From the NCBI GenBank assembly GCA_030390025.1, contig CM059432.1, positions 99,822,001-99,886,000 on the forward strand: a stretch of 64,000 nucleotides of DNA, written 5' to 3'. The translations under genes and the position numbers were made by a program. Below the pieces are notes generated by a model. The model was not told the origin of the DNA and made no database searches. It saw only the letters and a program-made list of their open reading frames with translations. This DNA comes from Squalus acanthias. Taxonomy: Eukaryota. The stretch's first letter is position 1, and every line of letters starts with the position of its first letter. Positions 12,650-26,401 of this stretch are shown here, in pieces.

Positions 12650-15600
12650 TTGTTGGCTACACAAGGGCAGACACTGGCTGGGCAGTAGTTTTGTATGGTT
12701 ATTGGTGTGCTCATCCATTGTACTGGATGAGCACACCAGGGACTGCAGGGAGGATGAGCAATCTGACCACAGCACCGTGGTACAGGGAGCCATTCAAGTG
12801 CGGGGAGTTAAAAGAAATGTTGTAGTTATAGGGGACAGTATAGTTAGGGGGATAGATACTGTTCTCTGCAGCCAAGAGCGTGTTGCCTGCCCGGTTAAGG
12901 ATGGGGGAAATAATAACCAGAGTGCGACAGGAAGGAACAGAATGTTTAAAAATAAGAGTGCAACAGAAAATGGGGCCAAAACAAGGAGAAATGGTAAAAA
13001 GACAAAGTTAAAAGCTCTATATCTGAATGCACACAGCATTCAGAACAAGATAGATGAGTTGAAGGCACAAATAGATACAAATGGGTATGATCTGATCCCC
13101 ATTACAGAGACATGGTTGCAAGGTGACCAGGGCTGGGAACTGAATATTCCAGGGTATTTGACAATTCGCAGGATAGACAGAAAGGAAAGGGAGGTGGGGT
13201 GGCTTTGTTGGTAAAGGATGGGATCAGTGCAGTGGTGAGAAGTGATATTGGCTCAGAAGATCAGGATGTAGAATCAGTTTGGATGGAGATAAAAAATAAT
13301 AAGGGGAAAAAGTCTCTGGTGAGCGTAGTCTACAAGCCCCCAAACAGTAGCAACACTGTTGGACAGAGTATAAATCAACAAATAATGGAGGCCTGTAAAA
13401 AAGGTACGGTAATAATCATGGGTGATTTTAATCTCCATATTGATTGGACAAATCAAATTGGCCATGGTAGCCTTGAGGAGGAGTTCATAGAGTGCATCCG
13501 GGATGGTTTCCTAGAACAGTATGTAATGGAGCCAACCAGGGAGCAGGCTATCTTGGATCTGGTACTGTGTAATGAGACAGAATTAATAAATGATCTCATA
13601 GTAAAGGATCCTCTAGGAAAGAGTGATCATGGTTGAATTTCAAATTCAGTTGGAGGGTGAGAAAGTTGTATCTCAAACCAGTGTCCTGATCTTAAACAAA
13701 GGCAATTACAACGGCATGAAGGCAGAACTGGCTAAAGTGGACTGGAAAAATAAATTAAAAGGTAAGACAGTTGAAATGCAGTGGCAGACATTTAATGAGA
13801 TATTTCATAACTCTCAACAAAAATATATTCCAGTGAGAAAGAAAGATTTTAAGAGAAGGGAGCGCTATCCGTGGCTAACTAAGGAAGTAAAGGATGGTAT
13901 CAAATTGAAAACGAAGGCATACAATGTTGCCAAGATTGGTGGGAGGCCAGAGGATTGGGAAATTTTTAAAAACCAGCAAAGGATGACTAAAAAAATAATA
14001 AAGAGAGAGAAGATGAATTATGAGAGTAAACTGGCAAGAAATATTAAAACAGAAAGTAAGAGCTTCTACAGGTATATAAAAAGGAAGAGAGTAGCTAAAA
14101 TAAACATTGGTCCCTTAGAGAATGAGGCTGGGGAATTAATAATAGAGAACGGGGAAAATGGCAGAGACACTGAACAAATATTTTGTATCCGTCTTCACGG
14201 TAAAAGACACTAACAACTACCCAATAATGGATAATCAAGGGGCCACAGGGAGGGGGGAACTAAAGACAATCACTATCACTAAGGAAAAAGTAATGGTACA
14301 ATAATGGGACTAAAAGATGACAAGTCCCCTGGACCAGATGGCCTGCATCCCAGGGTCTTAAAAGAAGTGGCTGCAGAGATAGTGGATGCATTGGTTGCAA
14401 TATACCAAAATTCCCTGGACTCTGGAGAGGTCCCAGCGGATTGGAAAACCACAAATGTAACACCCCTATTTAAGAAAGGAAGGAGACAGAAAGCAGGAAA
14501 CTGTAGACCAGTTAGCCTAACATCTGTCAAGCAGAGTCAGCATGGTTTTATGAAAGGGAAATCATGTTTAACAAATTTGCTGCAGTTCTTTGAGGATGTA
14601 ATGAATAGGGTGGATAAGGGTGAGCCAGTAAAAGGTTACTGCATAAGATAAGAGCTCACGGAGTTGGAGGTAATATCTTAGAATGGATAGAGAATTGGCT
14701 AACTAACAGAAAGCAGAGAGTCGGGATAAATGGGTCATTTTCCGGTTGGCAAACGGTAACTAGTGGGGTGCCACAGGGATCGGTGCTGGGGCCTCAACTA
14801 TTTACAATCTACATTAATGACTTGGATGAAGGGACCGAGCGTAATGTAGCCAAGTTTGCGGATGTTACAAAGATGGGTGGGAAAGTAAGTTGTGCAGAGG
14901 ACTCGAAGAATCTGCAAAGGGATATAGACAGGCTAAGTGAATGGGCAAACATTTGGCAGATGGAGTATAATGTGGGAAAGTGCGAGGTTATACACTTTGG
15001 CAGGAAAAATAAAACAGCAAATTATTTAAATGGAGAGAGATTACAAAATGCTACAGTTCAGAGGGACCTGGGGGTCCTTGTGCATGAAACACAAAAAGTT
15101 AGCATGCAGGTACAGCAAGTAATCAAAAAGGCAAATGGAATGTTGGCCTTTATTGCAAGGGGGTTGGAGTATAAAAGTAGGAAGTCCTGCTATAACTGTA
15201 CAGGGTATTGGTGAGACCACACCTTGAGTACTGCGTACAGTTTTTGTCTCCTTATTTAAGGAAGGATATAGTTGCTTTGAAGGCAGTTCAGAGACGATTC
15301 ACTCGGTTGATTCCTGAGATGAGGGGGTTGACTTATGAAGAAAGGTTGAGCAGGTTGGGCCTATACTCATTGGAATTTAGAAGAATGAGAGGAGATCTTA
15401 TTGAAACATAAGATACTGAGGGGGCTTGACAAGGTAGATGCAGAGAGGATGTTTCCCCTCGTGGGGAAATCTAGAACTCGGGGGCATAGTTTCAGAATAA
15501 AGGGTCGCCCTTTTAGAACTGAGATGAGGAGGAATTTCTTCTCTGAGGGTTGTAAATCTGTGGAATTCTCTGCCCAGAGAGTCGTGGAGGCTGGGTCATT

Positions 15601-15777
15601 AAATACATTTAAGGTGGAGATAGACAGATTTTTGCAAGATGAGGGAGTGAAGGGTTATGGGGAGCGGGCGGGGAAGTGGCTTTGAGCCCAAGATCAGCCA
15701 TGATCTTATTGAATGGCGGAGCAGGCTCGAGGGGCCAAGTGGCCTATTCCTGCTCCTATTTCTTATGTTCTTATGTA
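12650..15777 (+). mobile_element. CR1 LINE, near full length with internal deletions (ORF1 SGNH esterase remnant, ORF2 APE + RT)
   Basis: VVVIGDSIVRGID; YLNAHSI, ITETWL, IMGDFN, SDH; KSPGPDGLHPRVLKE, PQGSVLGP, KFADVTK; TTCTTATG tail. Confidence 0.93.
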
Positions 15778-17025
15778 CAACAATAATCAGGCGAGCTACC
15801 GATTCGCTGTCGACCATTTTGCGCTACCGCCCAAGACCAATTTCACTCCCAGTGGGGGTCATTTAAAATGGGCGATATCGATTCAGCCACCATTATACAT
15901 CTCTCTCTCAATTATTATTTCCATTGAAGTCAATTAGCAGTCGGAGCGCTACAATTGATGTCCCCCTCACCCAGTTACAGAGGAAAAAATGGTATTATGG
16001 TGGGTCAGGGCTTCCACCTGCCATTTTGCTGTGCTGCTGACTCAGTCCCAAATCCCGGGGTGGCACAACAGAGGCGCCCGCCCACTGAGGAGGTGGAAGT
16101 TGTAGCAGCAACTTGCCATCTGAAAGGGGCAGTCAGGACTTGACCATGCCTTGGAGTTTCCTGGGGCCTCTGTTGGAGATAGAGCATTCACCAACCCCAA
16201 ACAATGCCAGTGACGTGGAGGGGATGTGGACAGGGATGGGGCTAGGAATGGGGGATCCCAAGCCCAGGAGTTCCCATGTACCTGTCCTCTCAGATGCCCA
16301 GAGGATACTTGACGGCTGGCATGCCCAGTGAAAGGAGGCATATCAGCCACTTTAGTAGATGTGGGAACTACTTGGGGTTCCAGGCCCAGATCGTTGACTG
16401 GACACCTGAAGAAAAATGTTAAGGGTTTTTAAAATAGTTTTTAATGTGGTTTCCTTACAAGGGGACATATAGGGGACACCAGCCTCTGGCCTCCTCAGCA
16501 TGCCAGGCATCCCAGATGCACCCTCCATTGCATTGTAAATGAAGGGACCTCCTCCAATGTCACAACTTTTGACAGGTTCAGCAGCAATGTCCCCAATGGG
16601 TGCAATTCCAACATAATTGCCTGGATCGCTTGCCCACTCAATTTCAGAGCTGAAGTATTTTATTGGAAACTGAAATGGCTGCTCAGAGACACTCAGCTAA
16701 TTCACACCTAGGAAACCCTGTTTGAACTCATGGGAACTGTTAATTGGTTTTCTCCTGCAGTGATGGGACAGAAGGAAATGTAATTTCCAATTATTGTCAG
16801 GTGTTAGAAAAGAAGCTGTTCTGCAAAGAACCTAACAGTTGCTGACTATTATCCAATGCTAAGGTGTTACGTCTCTGATTTGTCCCGATTTATTCAAAAA
16901 AAATTGCTGGAACTTCAAAGGGGAAAATGTCTTTATAATGCAAGAATTTTCTTGTGGCCTTCAGTTTTTGTTCATTGTGCTGTCACAGGCAGAAGTGATT
17001 AGAGTTCTTTAAAAAGTGCTTATGT

Positions 17026-17480
17026 CTCTTCTTAGGCAGTCCCTCGGAACTGAGGATGACTTGCTTCCACATTAAAAATGAGTTCTCAGGTGACTGATGA
17101 GTCCAATGCGGGACCTACAGTCTCTGTCACAGGTGGGGCAGACGGTGGTTGAAGGGGCGGGTGGGTGGGGTGCTTGGGTTGACGTGCGCTGCTTGCGCTT
17201 GGCTTCTGCTTGCTCCCGGCGAAGAGACTCGAGGTGTTCAGCGCCTTCCCGGATGCTTCTCCTCCACTTTGTGCGGTCTTCGGCCAGGGATTCCCAGGAG
17301 TCGGTGGGGATGTTACACTTTTTCAAGGAGGCTTTGAGGGTGTCCTTGAAGCATTTCCTCTGCCCAACTGGGGTTCTCCTGCCGTGTCGGAGCTCCGAGT
17401 AGAGCGCTTGTTTTGGGAGTCTCGTATCGGGCATGCGGACGATGTGACGCGTCCATCGGAGCTGATCGAGCGTGGTCAAA
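17026..17480 (-). mobile_element. RTE-clade LINE 3' fragment
   Basis: ORF 17072-17479 ends in CPTCDRDCRSRIGLISHLRTH, followed by a GAA tail. Same family as 7230 and 21744. Confidence 0.9.
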
Positions 17481-18065
17481 GCTTAGGTATGCAATAACAG
17501 AGACTGAAGATCCTTTAGTCCAACATCCCCAACATATGTGCTGGAATGTGCCGACCCTGAAATTCCACCACTGATCCCAACACACATTCCTGAGTCGGGG
17601 GAAGCTCCTAATTTAAATGTAGCTAACAGGTAGCTGCACCATTTAGGCACTTGGAAAAGGAGATAAGAAATGCAGAATTAGCCAGCCTTTCAAAGAGGAC
17701 CAAAACAAATTATGAAATTGTCATAATCTTTGGAGACCCAGGCCAAGTCCCAGGCCGACCAATTTAAGAACATAAGGGCATAAGAAATTTCTCAATGGGG
17801 CCTCCTTCAACTGGTGTTAGGTGTCTTAAATATGTAAATTAGGAACCAAACGCCAAAAAATTTAGCAGTGGGATTAATGCCTGGGAAGATTGGCTGCAGG
17901 CCGTCCCACAGCTTTTCCAAGATTTATAGCTTTTAAAATATTTACATCACCAATTTTTACAACAAATGCAGTCATTCACCGTGAAGGAGCCATATCACAT
18001 TAAGCATAACATTCACTGCAGTCTGGTCCTCTGGGATAACTGGAAAATATACCCTACAATATAAT

Positions 18066-18817
18066 GGGCCATATTTTCCGATCGGAGGCTTCCTGTGTGG
18101 GGAGGCCTCTGATCTGTAAAAAATCTACAGACTTATCTGAGGGCTCTCGAGGTGCGTATACTTCCGCTCCTGGGCCTCTCCAAACTCGAAATGCGCAGGT
18201 CCCACATATCCTAGAGGCGCATGCAGTTCGCAAGCATCCCTGGGATCACGTGGGCCATGGGGAGCCAATAGGAGAAGGGAATCTCCCTTCATACACTTGA
18301 CAGATAGAGCTGTCAAATATATGAATGGAGGTCACCACAAAAACATAGTAAAACATAAAATATATATTTTTTTAATCACATTTTTAAAATGAGTTGAAAT
18401 TACAATAACTTAATTATTTTAAACAAAAATTTATTTTTTTGAAAAAAATAAAGTTTTTTACGGGGCTAAAAATAAACTTACTTTTTTAAAAGTATTTTTA
18501 AATTATAAATCAGTGAAAAATTTTTTTTAAACTTTTATCAACTCTTATGCTGGTGAAAGCAAGCCTTACGCCTGCTTTTACCAGGTGCAAGATTTCTAAG
18601 GGTTTTCAGCGGGCGGAGGTTCTCCAGAAAGCAGAACTATCCGCCCGCAGAGGCCCTTCTCTAGGGCAGGCGTCCGATCTGTCAAGAGCATTCTTGACAG
18701 ATCGGAAATACCGGTTTTCACCGCATGCGCTTCGCATGCCTGAAACCGGCATTTCCGATGTCTCTATGGGTGTGTACACAGCTCGTACACACCCGTAGGG
18801 ATCGGAATATCCGGCCC
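18066..18817. mobile_element. Harbinger-type MITE (AT-rich-core family)
   Basis: TIR GGGCCATATTTTCCGATC / GATCGGAATATCCGGCCC with AAT TSD. Confidence 0.85.
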
Positions 18818-18818
18818 A

Positions 18819-19732
18819 ATAAGAACATAAGGAATAGGAGCAGGAGTAGGTCATTCAGCCCCTCGAGCCTGCTCAGCCATTCAATAAGATCATGGCTGAT
18901 CTTCTACCTCATCTCCACTTTCCTGCACTATCCCCATATCACTTGATACCCTTAATATCCAAAAATCTATCGATCTCTGTCTTGAATATATGACTGAGTC
19001 TCCACAGCCCTCTGGGGTAGAGAATTCCAAAGATTCACCACCCTCTGAGTGAAGAAATTTCTCCTCATCTCAGTCCTAAATGACCGACCCCTTATTCTGA
19101 GACTGTGACCCCTGGTTCTAGACTCCCCAGCCAGGGGAAACATCCTCCCTGCATCTACCCTGTCAAGCCCTGTAAGAATTTTGTATGTTTCAATGAGATC
19201 ACCTCTCATTCTTCTAAACTCCAGAGAATATAGGCCTAGTCTACTCAATCTCTCCTCATAGGACAATCCCCCCATCCCAGGAATCAGTCTGGTGAACCTT
19301 CGTTGCACTCCCTCTATGGCAAGTATATCCTTACTCAGGTAAGGAGACCAAAACTGCACACAATACTCCAGGTGTGGTCTCACCAGGGCCCTATATAATT
19401 GCAGTAAAACATCTTTACTCTTATACTCAAATCTTCTTGTAATAAAGGCCAACATACCATTTGCTTTCTTAATTGCTTGCTGTACCTGCATGTTAACTTT
19501 CAGTGATTCGTGTACAAGGACACCCAGGTCCCTCTGAACACCAACATTTCCCAATCTCGCACCATTTAAAAAATACTCTGCTTTTCTATTTTTCCTACCA
19601 AAGTGGATAACTTCACATTTCTCCACATTATATTCCATTTGCCATGTTCTTGCCCACTCACTTAGCCTGTCTATATCCCCTTGAAGCCTCTTTGCATCCT
19701 CCTCACAACTTACATTCCCACCTAGCTTTGTA
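18819..19732 (-). mobile_element. CR1 LINE 3' fragment
   Basis: ORF 18967-19638 (EYNVEKCEVIHFG...[15 protein letters not shown]...[12 protein letters not shown]) and the CR1 tail. Confidence 0.92.
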
Positions 19733-19872
19733 TGATAATAGTACTGAAGAAAATATCTTGAGTGCCTAAAATGTCACATCAAAGAATTGTGCACCACCAG
19801 TAGAATAGCAATTGCAAAACATGATGGGTAAAGCATGAAAGGTTTAATCTGTAAATAAACCGTGTTACACAG

Positions 19873-19974
19873 ATCATTCTTTGCTTTTGTGTCATTATTT
19901 TGTGCATTGGACTGTCGTACTATTCAGATAGTGTTCGATACGATAAAGGAAAGTTTAATTCTGCTTATAAAAAG
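19873..19974 (+). CDS. Candidate host internal exon encoding a TM helix (IILCFCVIILCIGLSYYSDSVRYDKGKFNSAYKK)
   Basis: CAG acceptor and AAG|GTATGA donor, 102 nt, phase 0-0, stop-free, with retained CpGs in non-repeat AT-rich DNA. The polypyrimidine tract is weak. Confidence 0.4.
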
Positions 19975-20298
19975 GTATGAGCAAAACCAGAATACAACGC
20001 TGATTGATTTATCAAACAAAACACAGAGGCAGCTTATTGGTCTAAATTTTCAATATCATACTGGAATATATTGAAGCTGTATGCAATCGTTTCAGGTGCC
20101 TCTGATTTAAAATGCTAATTCAAGCAAGACAGTTTACAAAAATAAATTCTAACCATGTCAGAATTATCTAAAAATCCATGTCTTGAGCAACATTGAGCAA
20201 AATTTTAGAATCACCAGTATTGTCCTCTCTAGTCTGAAGCTAACAGCCATCGATTCATACCTTTATTTGGTGTTATGCTATGTAGGTCCCTGCCATAG

Positions 20299-20342
20299 TT
20301 GCAGTATACAAATGAAAATTTTGAGATTGTTTATGCACCTCA
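20299..20342 (+). CDS. Candidate host exon (LQYTNENFEIVYAP)
   Basis: TAG (20298) or CAG (20304) acceptor in frame with the previous candidate, and a GTAAGT donor at 20343. Confidence 0.3.
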
Positions 20343-21743
20343 GTAAGTATTTACTGACAGATGGGGAGACAACACTAATAAATTCTGTATAAAAAAAGTG
20401 CATAGGAAGTAAAATGTCAGAAAGCAAAAAATATAAATTCTTTGTGGATTGTTTCCCATTTTTGAAAATATTAGGGAAGGATTTGCTAAGTCTATGTCCA
20501 AGACACTGGATTGCTTGGGCCCAGCAAATATTGGGGACTTATGCCAAAATTGGGAGAGCTGTCCCACAGACTAGTCAAGCAACAGCCTGACAGACAGAAT
20601 CATACCTTTCACCCAATGTCCCAAACTCCTCCATCACCATCCCTGGGTATGCCCACCAGCAGGACAGACCCACCAGAGGTGGCAGCAGAGTAGGAAGGGA
20701 GTGACCCTGGGAGTTCTCAGACTCCAGACCCCATGAAGTCTCATGACTTCAGATCAAGCCATGGTGTAAGGAAACCTCCCTTTGATTACCACCTACCGCC
20801 CTCCCTCAGCTGATGAATCAGTGCTTGTCCATGTGGAACACCACTTGGAAGAAGCACTGAGGGTAGCAAGGGCACAGAAATGTATTCTGGGTGGGGGACT
20901 TCAATGTCCATCACCAAGAGTGGCTCAGTAGCACCACTACTGACCGAGCTGGCCGAGTCCTATAGGGCATAGCTGCCAGACTGGGCCTGTGGCAGGTGGT
21001 GAGAGAACCAAAACGAGGGAAAAACCTACTTGACCTCGTCCTCACCAATCTACCTGTTGCAGATGCATCTGTAAATGACAGTTTTGTAGCAGTAACCACC
21101 GCATAGTCTCTGTGGCGATGAAGTTTCATCTTCACTCTGAGGATACCCTCCATCATGTTGTGTGGCACTATAACCGTGCTTAATGGGATAGATTCAGAAC
21201 AGATCTAGCAGCTCAAAACTAGGCATCCATGAGGCACTGTGCGCCATCAGCAGCAGCAGAATTGTATTCTACCACAATCTGTAACCACATAGCCCCACAT
21301 ATCCCTCACTCTACCATTACCATGAAGCCAGGGGACCAACTCTGGTTCAATAAGGAGTGCAGAAGAGCATGCCTGGAGCAGCACCAGGCGTACCTAAAAA
21401 TGAGGTGCCAAGCCTGGGGAACTGCAACACAGGACTTCATGCATGCTAAACAGCGGAAGCTGCATGCTATAGACTGAGTTAAGCGATCCCAATGGATCAG
21501 ATCAAAGCTCTGCAGCCTAACACATCCAGTCTTGAATGGTGGCAGAGCCCAGCTCGCAAGTGAAAAAGACAAGGCTGAAGCATTTGCAACCATCTTCAGT
21601 CAGAAGTGCCAACTGGATGATCCATCTTGGCCTCCTCCTGAGGTCCCGACCATCACAGAATCCAGTCTTCAGCCAATTCGATTCACTCCACGTGATATCA
21701 AGAAATGGCTGAGCGCATTGGATACAGTAAAGGCTATGGGCCC

Positions 21744-22733
21744 GTCGAATTACAGTATGCAGACGACGCTTGCATCTGCGCACACTCGGAGGTCGAACTC
21801 CAAACCATCATCAACACCTTCACCAAAGCATACGAGAGCATGGGCCTTACACTAAACATCCGTAAGACAAAGGTCCTCTACCAACCTGCCCCCGCCACAC
21901 AGTACTGCCCCCCGATTATCAAAATCCACGACAAGGCCTTGGACAACATGGACCACTTTCCATACCTCGGGAGCCTACTGTCAACAAGGGCAGACGTCGA
22001 TGACGAAGTGCAACACCACCTTCAGTGTCCCAGTGCAGCCTTCGGTCGCCTGAGGAAGTGAGTGTTTGAAGACCAGGACCTCAAACCCGGCACCAAGCTC
22101 ATGGACTACAGAGCAGTAGTAATACCCGCCCTTCTGTATGCCTCAGAGAAATGGACCATGTACAGCAGGCACCTCAAAGCACTGGAGAGGTACCACCAAT
22201 GCTGCTTCCGCAAGAACCTGCAAATCCACCAACGTCAGTGTTCTCACTCAAGCCAACATCCCCAGCATCGAAGCTTTGACCACGCTCGATCAGCTCCAAT
22301 GGACGGGTCACATCGTCCGCATGCCTGATACGAGACTCCCAAAACAAGCGCTTTACTCGGAGCTCCAACACAGCAGGAGCGCCCCAGGTGGGCAGAGGAA
22401 ACGCTTCAAGGACACCCTCAAAGCCTCCTTGAAAAAGTGGAACATCCCCACTGACACCTGGGAATCCCTGGCCCAAGACCGCACAAAGCGAAGGAGAAGC
22501 ATCCGGGAAGGCGCCGAATACCTCGAGTCTCTTCGCCAGGAGCAAGCGGAAGCCAAGCGCAAGCAGCGCACGTCAACCCAAGCACCCGACCCACCCACCC
22601 CTTCAACCACTGTCTGCCCCACCTGTGACAGAGACCGTAGGTCCCGCATTGGACTCATCAGTCACCTGAGAACTCATTTTTAATGTGGAAGCAAGTCATC
22701 CTCGGTTCCGAGGGACTGCCTAAGAAGAAGAAG
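21744..22733 (+). mobile_element. RTE-clade LINE, 5'-truncated
   Basis: LQYADD RT motif through the C-terminal zinc knuckle, (GAA)n tail, and an ATGGGCCC TSD at 21736-21743 and 22734-22741. Confidence 0.93.
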
Positions 22734-23840
22734 ATGGGCCCAAACAACATCCCGGGTGTTGTGCTGACGACTTGTGTTCCAGAACTAACCGCGCCTCTAG
22801 CCAAGCTGTTATAGTACAGCTACAACACTGGTATCTACCCAATAATGTGGAAAATTGCCCAGGTATGTACTGTCCACAGAAAGCAGGACAAATCCAATCC
22901 AGTGAATTACCGCCCCATCAGTCTATTCTCAATCATCGGCAAAGTGATGGAAGGTGTCGGCGACAGTGCTATCAAGCAGCAGTTACTCACCAATAACCTG
23001 CTCACCGATGTTCAGTTTGAGTTCCGCCTGGACCACTCGGCTCCAGATCTCATTATAGCCTTGGTCCAATCATGGACAAAGGGCTGAATTCCAGAGGTGA
23101 AGTGAGAGTGACTGCCCTTGACAAAAAGACAACATTTGACCGAGTGTGGCAGCAAGGAGCTCTAATAAAATTGAAGTCAATGGGAATCAAGGGGGAAACT
23201 CTCCACTGGCTGGAGTCGTATCTAGCACAAAGGAAGATGTTTGTGGTTGATGGAGGCCAATCATCTCAGCCCCCAGGACATTGCTGCAGGAGTACCTCAG
23301 GGCAGTGTGCTAGGCCGAAACATCTTCAGCTGCTTCATCAATGATCTTCCCTCCATCACAAGGTCAGAAGTGGGGATGTTAACTGATGATTGCACAGTCT
23401 TCAGTTCCATTCACAACTCCCCAGATAATGAAGCAGTCCATGTCCGCATGCAGCAAGACCTGGACGACATTCGGGCTTGGGCTGATAAGTGGCAAGTAAT
23501 ATTTGTACCACACAAGTGCCAGGCAATGACTCTCTCCAACAAGAGAGAGTCTAACCAACACCCCATGAAATTCAACAGCATTAGCATCACCGAATCCCCC
23601 ACCATCAACATCCTGGGCATCCCCATTGACCAGAAACTAAACTGGACCAGCCACATAAATACTGTGGCTACAAAAGCAAGTCAGTGGCTGGGTATGCTGT
23701 GGTAAGCATCTCACCTTCTGACTCCCCAAAGCCTTTCCACCATCTACAAGGCATAAGTCAGAAGTGAGATGGAATACTCTCCACTTGCCTGGATGAGTGC
23801 AGCTCCAACAACATCCAAGAAGCTCGACACCATCCAGGAT

Positions 23841-24369
23841 ATAAGAACATAAGAACATAAGAATTATGAGCAGGAGTAGGCCATACAGCGCTTCGAGCCT
23901 GATCCGCAATTCAATAAGAACATGGCTGATCTTTGACCGCAACTCCACTTTCCTGCCCGATCCCCATATCTCTAGATTCCCCTAGAGTTCAAAAATCTAT
24001 CTATCTCAGTCTTGAATATGCCAGGGGAAACAACCTCTCAGCATCTACCCTGTCAATCACCCTCAGAATCTTATATGTTTCAATTAGATCACTTCTCATT
24101 CATCTAACTCCAGAGAGTATAGTCGCAATCTACTCAATCTCTCCTCATAGGACAACCCTCTCATCTCAGGGATCAATCTAGTGAACCTTTGTTGCACTGC
24201 CTCTAAAGCAAGTATGTCTTTCCTCAGATAAGGAGACCAAAATTGTGCACAGTACTCCAGGTGCGGTCTCACCAAAGTCCTGTACAATTGTAGCAAGACT
24301 TTCTTACTCTTGTACTCCAACCCCCTTGCAATAAAGGTCAACATGCCATTTGCTTTCATAATTGCTTGA
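23841..24369 (-). mobile_element. CR1 LINE 3' fragment nested in the 20530 LINE
   Basis: KANGMLTFIARGLEYKS...RPHLEYCAQFWSP, with an AAGAACAT tail on the + strand. Confidence 0.85.
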
Positions 24370-24900
24370 TTGTACCCGATGCACCACCTTAAACATTCAC
24401 ACCCTCCACCACCGGCGCACCGTGGCTGCAGTGAGTACCATCTACAAGATGCACTGCAGCAACTCACCAAGGCTTCTTCGACAGCACCTCCCAAATGCTC
24501 GATCCGAGTACTGAGTATTTATTGCATTATTTACATGCATTTTAATCAGCCCCCCTCAATTGCCATTGTGTTCTCATCTTGCTGTTATGGCATGTTTCAG
24601 GAAACCAGGGGAAGCGATATTAAAGTTAAAACTGTGTTGAAAGATCGCTCCAATTGAGCAATTAGCATATTTTAATTTTTTTAACTGTCTTTTTAACAGC
24701 TTTCTCAACTTGTTCTGCCACCTTTAATGTGCGTACACCTCCAGGTCTCTCTGTTCCTGCTCACCATTTAAAATTGTACCATTTATTTTATATTACCTCT
24801 CCTCATTCTTCCTACCAAAATGAATCACTTCATACTTTTCTGCGTTAAATTTCATCTTATTGTGTCTGCTTATTTCAACAGTCTGTCTATGTCCTCCTGG

Positions 24901-24999
24901 AATAAAAACAGAAAATTCTGGAAATACTCAGCAGGTCAGGCAGTGTCTGTAGAGAGAGAAACAGAGTTAACGTTTAAAGTCGATGACCCTTCGTCAGAA
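24901..24999 (-). mobile_element. Short PLE-terminal-repeat-type insertion with degenerate hammerhead
   Basis: Minus strand reads AGTT-CTGACGA-agggtcatcgactt-TAAA-CGTT-AACT. TSD is CTATGTCCTCCTGG/CTATGACCTTCTGG. Confidence 0.7.
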
Positions 25000-25239
25000 C
25001 TATGACCTTCTGGAGTCTGTTACTATCCTCCTCACTGTTAACTGCATTTCTGAGTTTTGTTTCATCTGCAAACTTTGAAATTATGCCACATCTATCCAAG
25101 TCCAGGTCATTAATATATATCAAAGATTGCAGTGGTCCCAACACCAACCCCTGGGGGGATACCACTGCACACTTTCTTCCAGTCTGAAAACAACCATTCA
25201 CCACTAAGCTCTGCTTTCTGTCCCTTAGTCAATTACATA

Positions 25240-25645
25240 CAGGAAACTTTTGTTTATCCGGCACCCAAATATCCGGAATTCTCGCTTAACCGGCAAAAAT
25301 CATCCTCCGAAAACTCCTCTCAAATAATCGGCAATGTTGCCGAGTCGCAGTCGAGTCTCCGCGAACGCCGAGTACTCCGAAAACTCCTCTCAAATAACCG
25401 GCAATGTTGCCGATCCCGAGTCCGAGTCCGAGTCCGCGAACGCCGATTTAGTCAGTAAGGGTAGTTTTCAAAAGTGCCACTACTCGGCCTCCTGGCGCTG
25501 TCGGAAGTATACTGCACATTTCTTGATTTATTTATTTTTCTTTGTTAAAAATAGCCTCGGTAAATATAACTCTCCGTTATCCGGTACTTTCGATAAACCG
25601 GCACCACGCCGGTCCCGTCGGTGCCGGTTAATAAAGAGTTTCCTG
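25240..25645. mobile_element. Tc1/mariner (Tigger/pogo-like) MITE
   Basis: 25-bp TIR CAGGAAACTTTTGTTTATCCGGCAC / GTGCCGGTTAATAAAGAGTTTCCTG with TA TSD. Confidence 0.85.
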
Positions 25646-26401
25646 TATATACACAGCCACTGCCCCTTTAATCATATGGGCTTCAATTTTAGTAACAAGT
25701 CTATTATGTGGTACTTTATTAAAAGCCTATTGGAAGACCATATACACAACATCAATCGCACTACCCTCCTTCTTCATCAAAGAACTCAATCAAGTTAGTC
25801 AAACATGATTTGCCTTTAACAAATCCATGCTGGCTTTCAATTATTAACTCACATTTTTACAAGTGCAACTTAATTTTGTCCTGGATTATTGTCTCAAAGT
25901 GTCCCACCACCGACTTTAGGCTGACTGGTCTGTAATTGCAGCTTTATCCCTCTCCCCTTTTTTGAACAGGGGTGTAACATTTTCAGTCCTCCAGTCCTCT
26001 AGCACCACTTCCAAATCAACACAGGAATGGAAAATTGTGACCAGAGCCTCTGCAGTTTCCATCCATATTTCTCTCAGTATCCGAGGATGCATCCCATCCA
26101 GACCAGGTGACTTTTCTAATTTGAGTGCTGTCAAACTTTTAAATATCCCCTCTTTATCTATCTATTTATTCTATCCAATTTCTCTACTACCTCCTCCTTT
26201 ACTGTGACATTGGCAACATCCTCTATAGTGGCAACAGATGCAAAGTATTCATTCAGTACTTCAACCATGCCCAATGCCTCCACAAGAAGATCTCTTTTTT
26301 GGTCCCTAATCAGCCCACCCTGCCTTTGACTACCTTTTTACTATTTATATTTTTAGAAATGACTTATGGATTCCTTTTTATGTTACCCACTAATCGATTT
26401 T

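Larger units (their letters stand above)
20530..24495 (+). mobile_element. CR1-clade LINE (second family), APE + RT, interrupted and lacking its 3' end
   Basis: WVGDFNVHH, PKRGKNLLDLVLTN, KAMGP.NIP, NYRPISL, GVPQGSVLG, LTDDCT, WADKWQV, LNWTSHI. Confidence 0.85.

Noticed and set aside
16758..16800. Candidate exon DGTEGNVISNYCQ after a strong acceptor
   Set aside because: The donor GTGTTA is poor and the segment is too short to support.
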